DNA from: Mobula hypostoma
Lineage: Eukaryota
Assembly: GCF_963921235.1 (NCBI RefSeq)
Contig: NC_086097.1
Span: 112,780,001-112,844,000 of the forward strand
Reading direction: 5' to 3'
Length of the DNA: 64,000 nucleotides
Every line of letters begins with the position of its first letter. The first letter of the stretch is position 1. A program made the translations under genes and the position numbers. Shown here piece after piece: positions 53,085 through 64,000 of this stretch. The notes under the pieces were generated by a model. The model saw nothing but the letters and a program-made list of their open reading frames with translations. It was not told where the DNA came from and ran no database searches.

Positions 53085-53636
53085 TCCTACGAATTGCTAC
53101 AGATGTACTGTGGAGAGCATTCTCACTAGCTGCATCTCTGTCAGGTATGGGGGGGGGGGCGCGCGACAGGGGTTGCTGCTGTACATGATCAAAATAAACT
53201 GCAGTGAGTTGTAAACTTAGACAGCTCCATCATGGGCACTAGCCTCTGTAGTATCCAGGACGTCTTCAAGGAGTGATGCATCAAAAAGGTGGCATCCATC
53301 ATTAAAGACCCCCATCATCCAGGACATGCCTTGTTCTCTTTGCTACCATCAGGAAGGAGGTACGGAAGCCTGAAGACACAACGATTCAGGAACGGCCTCT
53401 TCCCATCTGCCATCCAATTTCTGAATGGACATTGAACACATGAACACTACCTCACTACATTTTTATTTCTCTTTTACATTGCTTACTTAATTGAACTATC
53501 TCATATAAATATATTTACTGTAATTCATGTTTTTTTCTCTATTACTATGTATCGCATTGTATTGCTGTCACAAATACTACAAATTTCATGACATACGCTG
53601 ATGATATAAACCTGAATTTGATTCTGATTCTGATTC
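53085..53636 (+). mobile_element. Rex1/Babar-type LINE 3' fragment
   Basis: YRCTVESILTSCISV...ASIIKDPHHPGHALFSLLPSGRRYGSL and an (ATTCTG)n tail. Confidence 0.8.
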
Positions 53637-53916
53637 AGTTTACACTCTAATCATCATGGGAGAGAGAGAGTTTGCAAGAAAGAGGGACAGCACCCCTAGA
53701 TTTAGTGAAAAATCTCAATAATGAACATTCTCATTAATGAGATGAAGGCATGGGAGGATGACTTGTTTGCTGAGGGAAATCTTAGATGCTAGCGACAACC
53801 TTCTGTTTGCGAAGAAACTGGCAGGGCCACAACAGAAAGTACGTGGCAGGAGGTGACAGCCAATTGCATTCTCGTGATACGATATGTAGAAGTAAATTTC
53901 ATTTCCTCATAACATA

Positions 53917-54479
53917 CACTCTGTGGCCATTTTATTAGGTACCTCCTGTATCTAATAAATTGGCCACTGAAGGCATGTTTGTGGTCTTCTGCCTCTGCAG
54001 CCTATCCACTTCAAGGTTTGACATGTCATGTGTTCAGAGATGACCTTCTGGACATTACTGTTGCAACGTATGGTTATTTGAGTTACTGTCACATTCCAGT
54101 CCATTTGAACCAGTCTGGCCATTCTCCTCTAACCTCTTATTAACAAGGCATTTTCACCCACAGAACTGCCACTCACTGGATGTTTTTGCTTTTCGCACCA
54201 TTCTCGATAAACACTAGTGACTGTTGTGCTTGAAAATCGCAGGAGATCAGCAGTTTTTGAGATACTCAAACCACCCCATCTGGCACCAACAATCATTTTA
54301 CAGTCAGTCACTTAAATCATATTCTTCCTCATTCTGATGTTTGGTCTGAAGAATAACTGAACCTCTTGACCATATCTGCATGCTTTTATGCATTGAGTTT
54401 CTGTCATTTGATTGGCTGATTAGATATTTGTATTAATGAGCAGGTGTCCAGATAGACCTAGTAAAGTGGCCATAGAGTG
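53917..54479 (-). mobile_element. Non-autonomous Tc1-like element with TA target duplication
   Basis: TA|cactctgtggccattttattagg ... cctagtaaagtggccatagagtg|TA. Retains the transposase N-terminal HTH (ORF 54129..54311, IVGARWGGLSISKTADLLRFSSTTVTSVYREW). Confidence 0.85.
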
Positions 54480-56454
54480 TACTTCGGAATGAGCTGAACA
54501 CAACAGGAAGCAGTTACAGGGAAACATTTCAATAAATGGACTGAGGGTTAATTCATTGGTGTGTGATTATTAGTACATGTGGAAGCCATGAAGGATTATT
54601 ATGTACACTGTGAAGATATTGACTGATTATAATCAATAATTATTGATGAACTATGAAAAGGAAATGCTAGGATACTCAGAAATCCGGTGAAAGCTGTGGA
54701 GAAAGAAGCAGCAGGCTTACATTACATGCCAAACTATTACTGCAATTTTCTCTCCACAGATCCTTCCTGATGTGCTGAGTATTACCGGCATTTTCTGTTT
54801 TAAATTTCAAATGTTTACTGTCTAACTTCATTGATTTTAGTTGGTGAACTATATTAATGTTAAGGATTGGAGAGTGGATTGGGGTTGTTCTGATCTAGCA
54901 GCCTTCTTCTGAAAAGCTCTAATGCAAGATGAAACTGAAATAATTCTGCCCAGCCTTCTCCCATTTGACGTCCTTGACTTCTTACTATTTTCATCATGTG
55001 CTTCAGGGCTCCTAGGCTCCCGGTGTGCACTCTGTTCTTCTTTTGGCACAGCAACCACGCATTGGAGCACCAGGCTGTGCAGCATACAGTTTCCACTCCT
55101 GCTGGGGTAAGGTGCAGAATGCCCTTAGAAAGATACAGACATTGGATTCTCATCTTCATCAGACAGTTGGCACTTTCAAAAACAACTGAGGAACCTGTGT
55201 AGTTCTCGCACTCCATTTTTTGATCAGGAGGTCAATCCCGTGATTGGCTGAGTGAAGTTCAAACTTCAGGGCCCAGTGTCTGAGAATCTGGGGAGAAGGA
55301 CTGGAGGCCCAGGCTAGCCTGTGTTGGGGTGGGACCTTTCTCGATGTATGACTGGATGAGAGGGAAGGATAGGAAAGGGGCTTGTTTTACTGCTGTCATT
55401 TTGTTTTGTTCCGTTGTTACTACTAATGCTGTTCCATGGAACATTGTGGCCATCCTATATTGGCACAGGAATGTAGTGTGACACTTGCAGGCTGCCCTCA
55501 GCACATTACTGGGTGTGCTGGCTGTTAACACAGACAACGCATTTCCCTGTATGTTTTGATGTACATGTGACAAATAAACCTGAATCTGAATCTGGGTGCA
55601 CTTTGATGCGAGAAGCAGGTAAATGGTTGGAAGGAACAAATTATCTGCCAGAGTAACTCAGCAGGTTAAGTTACATCTGTGGGGGAAAGATGTTTCAGAC
55701 AAAAATGTGCCTCAGAATCATATTGTGAAGCAAAGTTTCAATGCATAGAATTGACAATTATTTCCCATCCCCCTCCACAGATGCTGCTGGACCTGTTGAA
55801 TTCCTCTGTCAGATTCTGGGTCCAGCATCTGCAGTTTCTTGTGTCTCCAAGTAGAGGAAAGGACCCAGCTCTCCAGACAGTGTTGCCTCCAGAGAGAATG
55901 GGGCAATTCTATTTCCCAGGAAATAAACATGTCAAAATCTTAGCTTTCATTGTCAGGAAAGTCTGATGATTGTAATAACCTCAAGCAGAGGAAGTGGACA
56001 CTTCTGCTATTGATGAATATTGTTATTAGTGGGAGCTTCTGTGGGTGCAACAGTGAAGTCAATGGTTACGTTTATGGGAACAATGAACACACTCGCATTG
56101 CCTGAGAAGCCACTTGGTTATGATTGGAGACAGATCAGGTTAATCAGTGCTAAAACATGAAGCTGTGGTCAGCAGCAAGTTGAGACATATTACAGAGATC
56201 TGTTGTGAATCTGTCCCGTGATCGTGAAGTTGAGAGATTTTGATCCGAACACTCCAAGTAGGAAAGAGAGGCTGACAATCTACCCATATCAGTCCTCAGT
56301 CATTAGTAAATCTGTGTAGTAGGTGGCATCTTTGAAGACTATGACTTCACAGATGGACGTGACAGCTTTCTACCCAGAGGCTTTACTGAGTGAGCATTTC
56401 AGTAGGAATATTGGAGAACATTCTATCTATTAGTAGTATTTGTTACCTCACATA

Positions 56455-57030
56455 TCAGGCTGGTTGCATCATGGCCTGGTATGGAAATACCAATGCCCAG
56501 GGGCAGGATTGTCTACAAAATGTTGTGGACACAGCCAAATCCATTCCCATCACTTACAAGGACCTCTGCAACAAGAAACATTATCCATCATCAAGGACTC
56601 CCACCATCCAGGCCCTACTCTCTTCTCAGTACAACCATCAGGCAGGAGGTACAGGAGACTTAGGTCCCACACACCAGATTTAGCAACAGTTATTACCTTA
56701 CAGCTATCAGGCTCCTGAACCAGCGTGGATAATTTCACTCACCTCAGTACTGAACTAACTCCACAACCTATAAGCTCACTTTACAGGACTCTACAGCTCA
56801 TGTTCTCAACATTATTTATTTACTTTTTTCCTACTTTTTTATTATTTGCACAATTTGTCCTCTTTTGCACATTGTTTGTCTGTCAGTGTTATTTACAGTT
56901 TTTCACAAATTCTATTGTATTTCTTTATTTTCCTATAAATGCCTGCAAGAAAATTAATCTCGAGGTAGTATATGGTGATACTTAAATACCTTAATAATAA
57001 ATTTATTTTGAACTTTGATCTTTGATCTTT
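56455..57030 (+). mobile_element. Rex1/Babar-type LINE 3' fragment
   Basis: GCIMAWYGN...LQNVVDTAKSI...SIIKDSHHPG..LFS..PSGRRYRRL plus UTR. Confidence 0.78.
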
Positions 57031-57149
57031 GTGCAGTTTGAGCTCATTGTGAACATTGGAAAGTGTTTGAGCGGCTTTCCAATCAAGCCTTTTAATATCA
57101 ACAGAGTGCCCCTTTAAAGAGAAACATGCAATAATCAGGCACATGCCAC

Positions 57150-57445
57150 AGGTCGCCATGGTAGCGTCATAGTGCGATGCTATTCCAGCTTGGGGCATCA
57201 GAGTTTTGTGTTCAATCCTGCGTTGTCTGTATGGAGACTCTGTACGTCCTCCCTGTGGAATGCGTGGGTTTTCTCCAGGTGTTCTGGTTTCCTCCCACAG
57301 TCTAAAAACATATTGGGTAGGTTAATTGGTCATTGTAAATTGTCCTGTAATTAGGTTGGTGTCAAATCAGGGTCATGGGGGGAGGGGTATTGCTGGGTGA
57401 CATGCCCGGAAGAGCCTATTCCAAGCAGTATCACTAAATATATAA
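57150..57445 (+). mobile_element. V-SINE
   Basis: gcgtgggttttctccaggtgttctggtttcctcccacagtctaaa core; tail shared with 45940-46222. Confidence 0.7.
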
Positions 57446-58244
57446 ACAAAGTACCTTTGCTTGAACTGTAACTTAAGATCAGATAGAATAGTTGCAGGTT
57501 ATACTAATAACCTAAAAGAAGTGTGTAGGGCACAACTTATGATGCCTGTTGGCGCTCATCTCATGCTAGGAAAATATCCAGGTGAGCGATGTGAATGGTG
57601 GTTGGAGGGGTTCAGGCCAGCTTCTCAATGGGCACAACTTCCCACTTATTTAATGATCACCACTATGATCTAACCCAGCTTAAACCACCTTCATGCACAA
57701 GTCGGTCATAAAAACATCAGATATTAAGAGATCCAATTTCATAACCATGACATTTGCAGTTCAGTAAGAGTAACCATGTTTCATGATTTAAATTGTTTCA
57801 TTTTGTGTTTATAAACATATTCTAAAGGAGATGACGCCTCTTGTTACCTCAAATGGAACCACTGCAAATTTTTTTAAGGTTTTCTTTCTGCCTGTGAGTT
57901 GAATACAGTAAGGCTGCTCCCTAAATTACCAGCTTACACTGAACACAATGCAAAATACATTAGCTGGATATTTGCAATGACTCGGAAGCAAGTCATAATC
58001 TATCAAACAACACTTGGAAATCCATTTATTTTAGCAGAAATGAACATATTTCCTATTGCTTCCAACCCTAAACATGAATTCCAAAAGTAGGGCATGATTT
58101 AAGAAAATGAGAATGTTTTGGAAGGAGAAGGGCATCAAAATATGCTATAAAATAAATTCAAATTTACTATTCCATACAAGCATTTTCATCTACTTTTATC
58201 CCCATTTCCCTTTTAGTATTCAGATACCTAATGTCAGCGACAAT

Positions 58245-59850
58245 TCAAAGCTCAAAGTTCAAAGTAAATTTAGAATCAAGTATGTGTATGTCACCAAATA
58301 CTACTCTGAGATTCATTTTCTTGTAAGCATTCACAATAGATACAATGAAACACAATAGAATCAATGTAAAAGTACACACAAAAATGGATAAACACTAATG
58401 TACAAAAGAGGACACACTGTACAAATAAAAAAACAAATAATTAATAAATAAATAATATTGAGAATATGAGTTGTTGCGTTCTTGAAAATAAACCCATAGT
58501 TTGTGATATCTCCTCTTATTTACCCCTTGAACATGACCCCACCAAGGAGCACCAGGCCATTGTCTCCCACACTGTCACCGACCTTATCAGCTCTGGGGAT
58601 CTCCCATCCACTGCTACCAACCTCATAGTTCCCACACCGCACACTTCCCATTTGTACCTCCTACCCAAGATCCACAAACCTGCCTGTCCAGATAGACCCA
58701 CTGTTTCAGCTTGCTTCTGCCCCACCGCATTTCTGCATGCCTCGACACTGTTTTATCCCCTCTTGTTCAATCCCTTCCCACCTATGTTCGTGACACTTCT
58801 CATGCTTTGGATTTTTTCAATGATTTCAAGTTCCCTGGTCCCCATCATCTTATTTTCATCATGGATGTCCAGTCCCTATATCCCTCCATCCCCCACCAGG
58901 AAGGTCTCAAACCTCTCTGCTTTTTTTTGGATTCCAGACCTAACCAATTCCCCTCTACCAGCACTCTCTTCTGTCTAGCGGAATTGGTCCTTACTCTTAA
59001 TAATTTCTCCTTTGGCTCCTCCCACTTCCTCCAAACTAAAGGTATAGCCATGGGCACCTGTATGGGCCCCAGCTATGCCTGCTTTTCTGTTGGCTTTGTG
59101 GAACAGTCCATGTTCCAAGCCTATACTGGTACACTCAGGTTGGAGGAACAATACCTTATATTCCACCTGGGTAGCCTCCAACCTGATGGCATGAACATTA
59201 ATTTCTCTGACTTCCGTTAATGCCCCTCCTCCCCTTCTTACCCCATCCCTGATTTTTATTTTATTTTATTATTTTTCTCTCTTTCCCTCTCACAATAACT
59301 CCTTGCCTGTTCTCCATTTTCCTCTGGTTCTCCCCTCCTCTTCTCTTTCTTCCAAGGCCTTCTGTCCCATGATACTCCCCCTTCTCCAGCCTTGTATCCC
59401 TTTTGCCAATCAACTTCCCAGCTCTTAGCTTCATCCCTCACCCTCCTGTCTTCTCCTATCATTTTGGATCTCCCCCTCCCCCTCCCACTTTCAAATCTCG
59501 TACTATCTCTTTTTTCCGTTAGTCCTGACAAAAGGTCTCGACCCGAAACGTCGACTGTACTTCTTCCTATAGATGCTGCCTGGCCTGCTGCCTTCCACCA
59601 GCGTTTTGTGTGTGTTGCCATAGTTTGTGGAATCAGTTCCGTGTTGAGGTGAGTGTGGGTTTCCACACTGGTTCAGAAGCCTGATGGTTGAAGGGTAATA
59701 ACTGTTTCTGAACCTGGTGGTGTAGGACCCAGGGATTCTGTATCTCCTTCCCAATGGCAGCATCAAGAAGAGAACATGGTTTGGATGGTGGGGGGATACT
59801 CTGATGACAGATGCTGTTTTCTTGTGGCAGTGCTCCTTGTAGATATGATC
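58245..59850 (-). mobile_element. Rex1/Babar-type LINE 3' fragment split by a Penelope-like insertion
   Basis: The 3' UTR at 58245-58505 continues at 59630-59850. Confidence 0.7.
58506..59617 (+). mobile_element. Internally deleted Penelope-like element with a 12-bp target-site duplication
   Basis: PLE RT motifs (LYLLPKIHKP; MDVQSLYPSIP; QTKGIAMGTCMGPSYA) are fused directly to TLRLEEQYLIFHLGSLQPDGMNINFSDFR. ccatagtttgtg occurs at 58494-58505 and 59618-59629. Confidence 0.9.
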
Positions 59851-60138
59851 AGAATCTAAATTTCAAATGTGCAGTTGATTATTGCATTTAGATCCAATGC
59901 AATAGTGCACTCAAGCTAACTGCCTCATGACTTGTCCTCAAAAATTACTGCTCATTATGAAAGTGAACTGATTGTTAGATCACAATCCATGCGTAAGCCT
60001 TGTTTTCTGATTTGACTTAGACTATTTGATACCCTATAGTTGGGATCAAGTCATAATTATAACAAGGAAAGTTTATTTTTATGGGTATTAGTTAATACAT
60101 GGGATATATATTAATTGTTGGGGGCTGATGTACAGTCA

Positions 60139-60660
60139 TGTACCTAATAAAGTGGCCACTCAGTGTATGTCTGTGGTCTTCAGCTGCTGTAGCCCATTCA
60201 CTTCAAAGTTTGACATGTTATGCATTCAGAGATGCTCTTCTACACTGCACTGTTGTAACACATAGTTATTTAAGTTACTGTCACCTTCCCATCAGCTTAA
60301 CCAGTCTGGCCATTCTCCTCTGACCTCTCTCATTAACAAGGCAGATTTGCCCACAGAACTGCTGCTCACTGGATTTTTTTTTTCATTTTTCACAACATTC
60401 TCTGTAAACTCTAGAGACTGTTATGTGTGACAAACCCAGGACATCAGCAGTTTCTGAGATACTCAAACCACCCCATCTGGCACCAACAATCAAAGTCACT
60501 TAGATCACACTTCTTCCCCATTCTTAAGTTTGGCCTAAAAAACAACTGAGCCTCTTGATCATGTCTGCACGCTTTTATGCACTGAGTTGCTGCCACATGA
60601 TTGGCTGATTAGATATCTGCATTAATGAGCAGGTGTACCTAATAAAGTGGCCACTGAATA
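60139..60660 (-). mobile_element. Second copy of the Tc1-like non-autonomous element (outer left TIR missing)
   Basis: Collinear with 53947-54479. gtacctaataaagtggccact occurs at both ends. Confidence 0.8.
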
Positions 60661-61449
60661 TATTTGATTTCCTTACAAACAATTAAGGAAAAGCTTTTCA
60701 CAGTTTCAACCTCACTTTATCTTAGTTTGTTTGTGCAGCTACATTAATAATTTGTGGCATTTTGGACGTTACATCAGTTTACAAATTTCTCACATCAACC
60801 CTGACCTGGAAACTATAGGCCTCAATCTTATGGTTTATAAATAACCGTAGCAAATGTTGTCAAATTTAAAGGTTTGTCAAGGACATATTTTCTGTCTTTA
60901 CACATTAACCAGTTTGATCAATTTCATAAATAAATCCACCAGAATATACAGTATCTGTGCACAAACACATCAAAATTAAAAATATTTGCAATTGAAAACA
61001 TTGGAAAACATTGAAAGTTCCCTCCAAACACCCATTCTTTATCTGTATTTGTATCCAGCAGATTCTAATATATACTTCTCTGATTAAATAAATTAAAGCA
61101 GCGACTACCTCGTCAAATACTTTCATAACGTATTTCTTATAGACTGTTCTAAAATACATAAAACTGTAATTTAATAATTGGTTTATAAAATGTTAAAATG
61201 ATTATACAAGGAAAACCTTGCCATTTTTATTTATAAGATGAGAGACCCTCCAACAACCCTTGGACAGAAACTTTTAACAATGGAATTTTCCTACCTTTAG
61301 ATCTTTGATGGTCTCCCTCTTGCCTGCTTGCAAGTACGTTCTGTGTAATACTTTACCTGATACTATGGCAGAACTTACACAACCTATGCAATCCAACACC
61401 AGAAAAGTGATCAGTTCCTGAAACAACTAATTTGAAATGGGCCAAGTAC

Positions 61450-61517
61450 CTGCAGTCAGACGTATCTGTTTCCTCAATAGTTGGTAGCCTGCTAGTCGTA
61501 CCAGTAACCCTGAACAT
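61450..61517 (-). CDS. RIMS2: Candidate second alternative first coding exon of RIMS2 (MFRVTGTTSRLPTIEETDTSDC-R)
   Basis: ATG at 61517 with an upstream in-frame TAG, 22 codons + AG, donor CAG|GTACTT in phase 2. A second in-frame phase-2 donor (CAG|GTAAAG) lies at 61357/61356. The region is TE-free. Confidence 0.6.
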
Positions 61518-62499
61518 CCACACGCTATCCAAACAGCAGAGTGGGCAGAAGAACTACCCATCACACTAATTAATTACTTAGTTTCAAATGATGGCAGCAA
61601 TTTCTTCAAAACTTTAAAACACATGTCACCGGGATTCCAGGAAAGCTCTGTGTTTCTGCTTTGGTTTTCTGACAGTTAAAGTAGATTTCAAGATTTACGA
61701 GATCCATTGCCACTGGAAGTCTCCCTGCAGCAAAGAGGAGGAGGAGCACGAATTGTTGCCTGAGCAGTCAACTGCACCTGTCCAAGTCACTGTGCACTTT
61801 TCAAAAGCAACCCAGCATGATTATGTCTCAAAAAAATGTGCATTTTGTGGATTTTGGTACTTTTTAGTTTACGTGTAGTATTTTCCCTCAATATCAATTT
61901 CTTGAAAGATATACTATATACAATAGTATATAACAAAACAATAATACAAGACCAATATCAAAAATAAATACACCTACTTGAACAATTGAAATGAATATTA
62001 AGCATTAAGACTACCCTTTAAGAGAGTGCTGTATTTTCTATGTCACATGCCAAGGCCATACTATGTTACAGTTTGCAAACAATGAAATTAATCCTCTTTT
62101 TAAGAAAAGTTATACACTGTCTTCGCTTGCAATCATACCCTCAATACTGTAAGATCGAATTCTCACAGGAAAACAATAGTACTTCTGCAGATAAAATGCC
62201 AGCATAATTCAAACATCATCTGGTAGTTAAGATTGAACATTAAAATGGTAATGAGATCAAGACCTTTAAAATTTGTAATGAGCTCAATACAGATTTTAAA
62301 TTTATTGTTTTCAATTCCTACAGAGCCTTAGAGTATAATCTGATTAGTTCCTTTTATTTGTGTAAACGGTATTCTAACTTTTTAAATTTCTATCAATGCC
62401 ATTTTAATACATCAAATAAGGGTTTATTTTTCAGGGATGGGAAATTTGAAACGAGACTTATACTGTCTTCTGCAATTACATGAGAAGTGATTTACTCAC

Positions 62500-62624
62500 C
62501 CAAGGTTGCTTAGTGCTCGTTCAAAGAACTCATTTTGGAGAAGGATGTCATGTTGGTTTGAGAAAACATTATTTAAACTGGTTAAAACAGAACTGCAGAA
62601 CTGACGCAGTGCTTCAAACTGCAT
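62500..62624 (-). CDS. RIMS2: RIMS2 alternative first coding exon (RIM2-beta-type N-terminus)
   Basis: ATG at 62624 gives MQFEALRQFCSSVLTSLNNVFSNQHDILLQNEFFERALSNL+GG, then donor GG|GTGAGT. Phase 2 fits the 18180 acceptor. It closely resembles the mammalian RIM2-beta start MQFETLRQVCNSVLSHFHGVF...ILQNELF (recalled from memory). Confidence 0.88.
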
Positions 62625-63080
62625 TTTCAGCCTTTACCCCCATGTACTGTGAGGCCGTCTATCTCACTTGTAACATCAAATGCCAAAATGCCAATCACAT
62701 GCCTAAATCATCCTGACCTGTGTAAAAACTACGATCTGATGAACACCAGTCAATGGTTAATTGTTCAGACGCCACCCGCTAATTCATCCAGAGAGGCTAA
62801 GAATTTTTAACACCATTACTGACTGTAGCAATAGTGCTTTGCAGCAGTGAGGGCTCCCCATTCCCAGCTGCAGCGTCGAGCACTCACAGATTTCTACTAT
62901 CTGAATGCTTATTAAACAAACACAGGCAAGATGCTTTCATCAGGAATTCAAGCACATCTGACTTCCAACAACCAGGCTTCGCACGGAATCAGACCAAGGG
63001 AGGAGGCAAATGCAATGGAAAAGGAAAAGAACAGCCCGTACGTCTATACGTCTTTAAGGTACATCTCAAATGAAAAATAG
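62625..63080 (-). promoter_or_regulatory. Putative 5' UTR / internal promoter of the RIM2-beta-type transcript
   Basis: Unique, TE-free sequence directly upstream of the ATG at 62624. Position is the only evidence; no transcription start site is visible. Confidence 0.4.
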
Positions 63081-63087
63081 GCAAATA

Positions 63088-63107
63088 ACGGAGAGGGAGA
63101 GGGAGAG

Positions 63108-63142
<35 letters not shown>

Positions 63143-63495
63143 AAGAGAGAGAGACAGAGATAGAGAGAGAGAGAGAGGAGGGAGTGAGAGAGAGAGAGAG
63201 GAGAGAGAGGAGGAAGAGGGAGTGAGAGAGAGAGAGAGAAAGAGAGAGCAAGTGTGGGCATATATGTGTGTGAGAGAATGAGAGAGCAAGTGCGTATGTG
63301 AGACGGAGAGAGAGAGTGTGTGTGTGAGAGAATATGAGGGTGAGTGTCTGCGTGAAAGAGAGAGAAAGAGAGCATGTGTGTGAGACAGAGAGAGAGAATG
63401 TGTGCGAGAGAGAATGAGAGAGTGTGTGCTTGAGAGAGAATGTGTGTGTGCAAGAGAACGTGTGTGCGAGAGAATGTGTGTGAGAGAATGAAAGA

Positions 63496-63526
<31 letters not shown>

Positions 63527-64000
63527 GGAGAATGAAAGAGTGTGTGTGTGAGAGACAGAGATAGTGTGTGTGTGAGACAGAGAGAGAGTGTGTGTGTGTG
63601 TGAGAGGGAGAAAATGTGTGTGTGAGAAAGTGAGTGTGTATGTGAGAGAAAGAATGAGAGTGAGTGCGTGTGTGTGCATCTGAGAGAGTGAGTGTGTGTA
63701 TGTGAGACAGAGAGTGAGAATGTGTGTGTGAGAGAATGAGAGAGTGAGAGTGTGTGCGAGAGAATGTGTGTGTGAGAGAAAGAAAGAGAAAGTGTGTGTG
63801 TGTGTGAGAGAGGGAGAAAGTGTGTGTGAGAGAGTGTGTGTATGAGAGAGAGAATGTGTGTGTGAGAGAGTGAGTGGGTATGTGAGAGAAATAATGAGAG
63901 TGAGTGCTTGTGTGTGCATGTGAGAGAGTGAGAGTGTGTATATGAGACAGAGAGTGAGAATGTGTGTATGAGAAAATGAGAGAGTGAGTGTGTATGGGAG
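63088..64000. repeat. (GA)n/(GT)n compound low-complexity array, running off the window end
   Basis: Mixed GA/GT tracts. A ~110-bp block at ~63640-63750 recurs at ~63880-63990. Confidence 0.95.

Noticed and set aside
61295..61340. Possible 46-nt exon with an AG|GTAGGA donor
   Set aside because: There is an in-frame TAA in the required phase, and the length is not a multiple of 3.
62989..63919. Long His/Thr/Leu/Ser-rich ORFs
   Set aside because: They are translations of the (CA)/(CT) low-complexity array.
1..64000. CRISPR arrays, prokaryotic operons, retrons or defence systems
   Set aside because: The DNA is vertebrate intronic sequence. All RT ORFs belong to eukaryotic LINE/Penelope elements, and there is no regular repeat-spacer array.

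Overview
Vertebrate genomic DNA saturated with repeats. The repeat families (CR1, Rex/Babar-type LINEs, V-SINEs, abundant Penelope-like fragments) suggest a cartilaginous fish, probably a ray; this is an inference. The window lies inside one large minus-strand gene, RIMS2 (presynaptic active-zone scaffold RIM2). It holds a 950-nt internal coding exon (18180->17231) and a RIM2-beta-type alternative first exon (62624->62500, MQFEALRQFC...), which is too short for the ORF track. Three more short candidate exons (61517->61450, 36151/36129->36080, 18631->18573) end in phase-2 donors that would splice in frame into the large exon, suggesting several alternative N-termini lacking the Rab3/Munc13-binding zinc-finger region. 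The Penelope-like elements end in a minimal hammerhead ribozyme motif (CAGTC-CTGATGA-stem-GAAA-CGTC-GACTG), found in at least 9 mostly decayed copies, some arranged as fold-back hairpins. An old ~310-bp direct duplication flanks the large exon. Most ORFs in the track are TE-derived or spurious. Repeat boundaries and identities were judged by eye.
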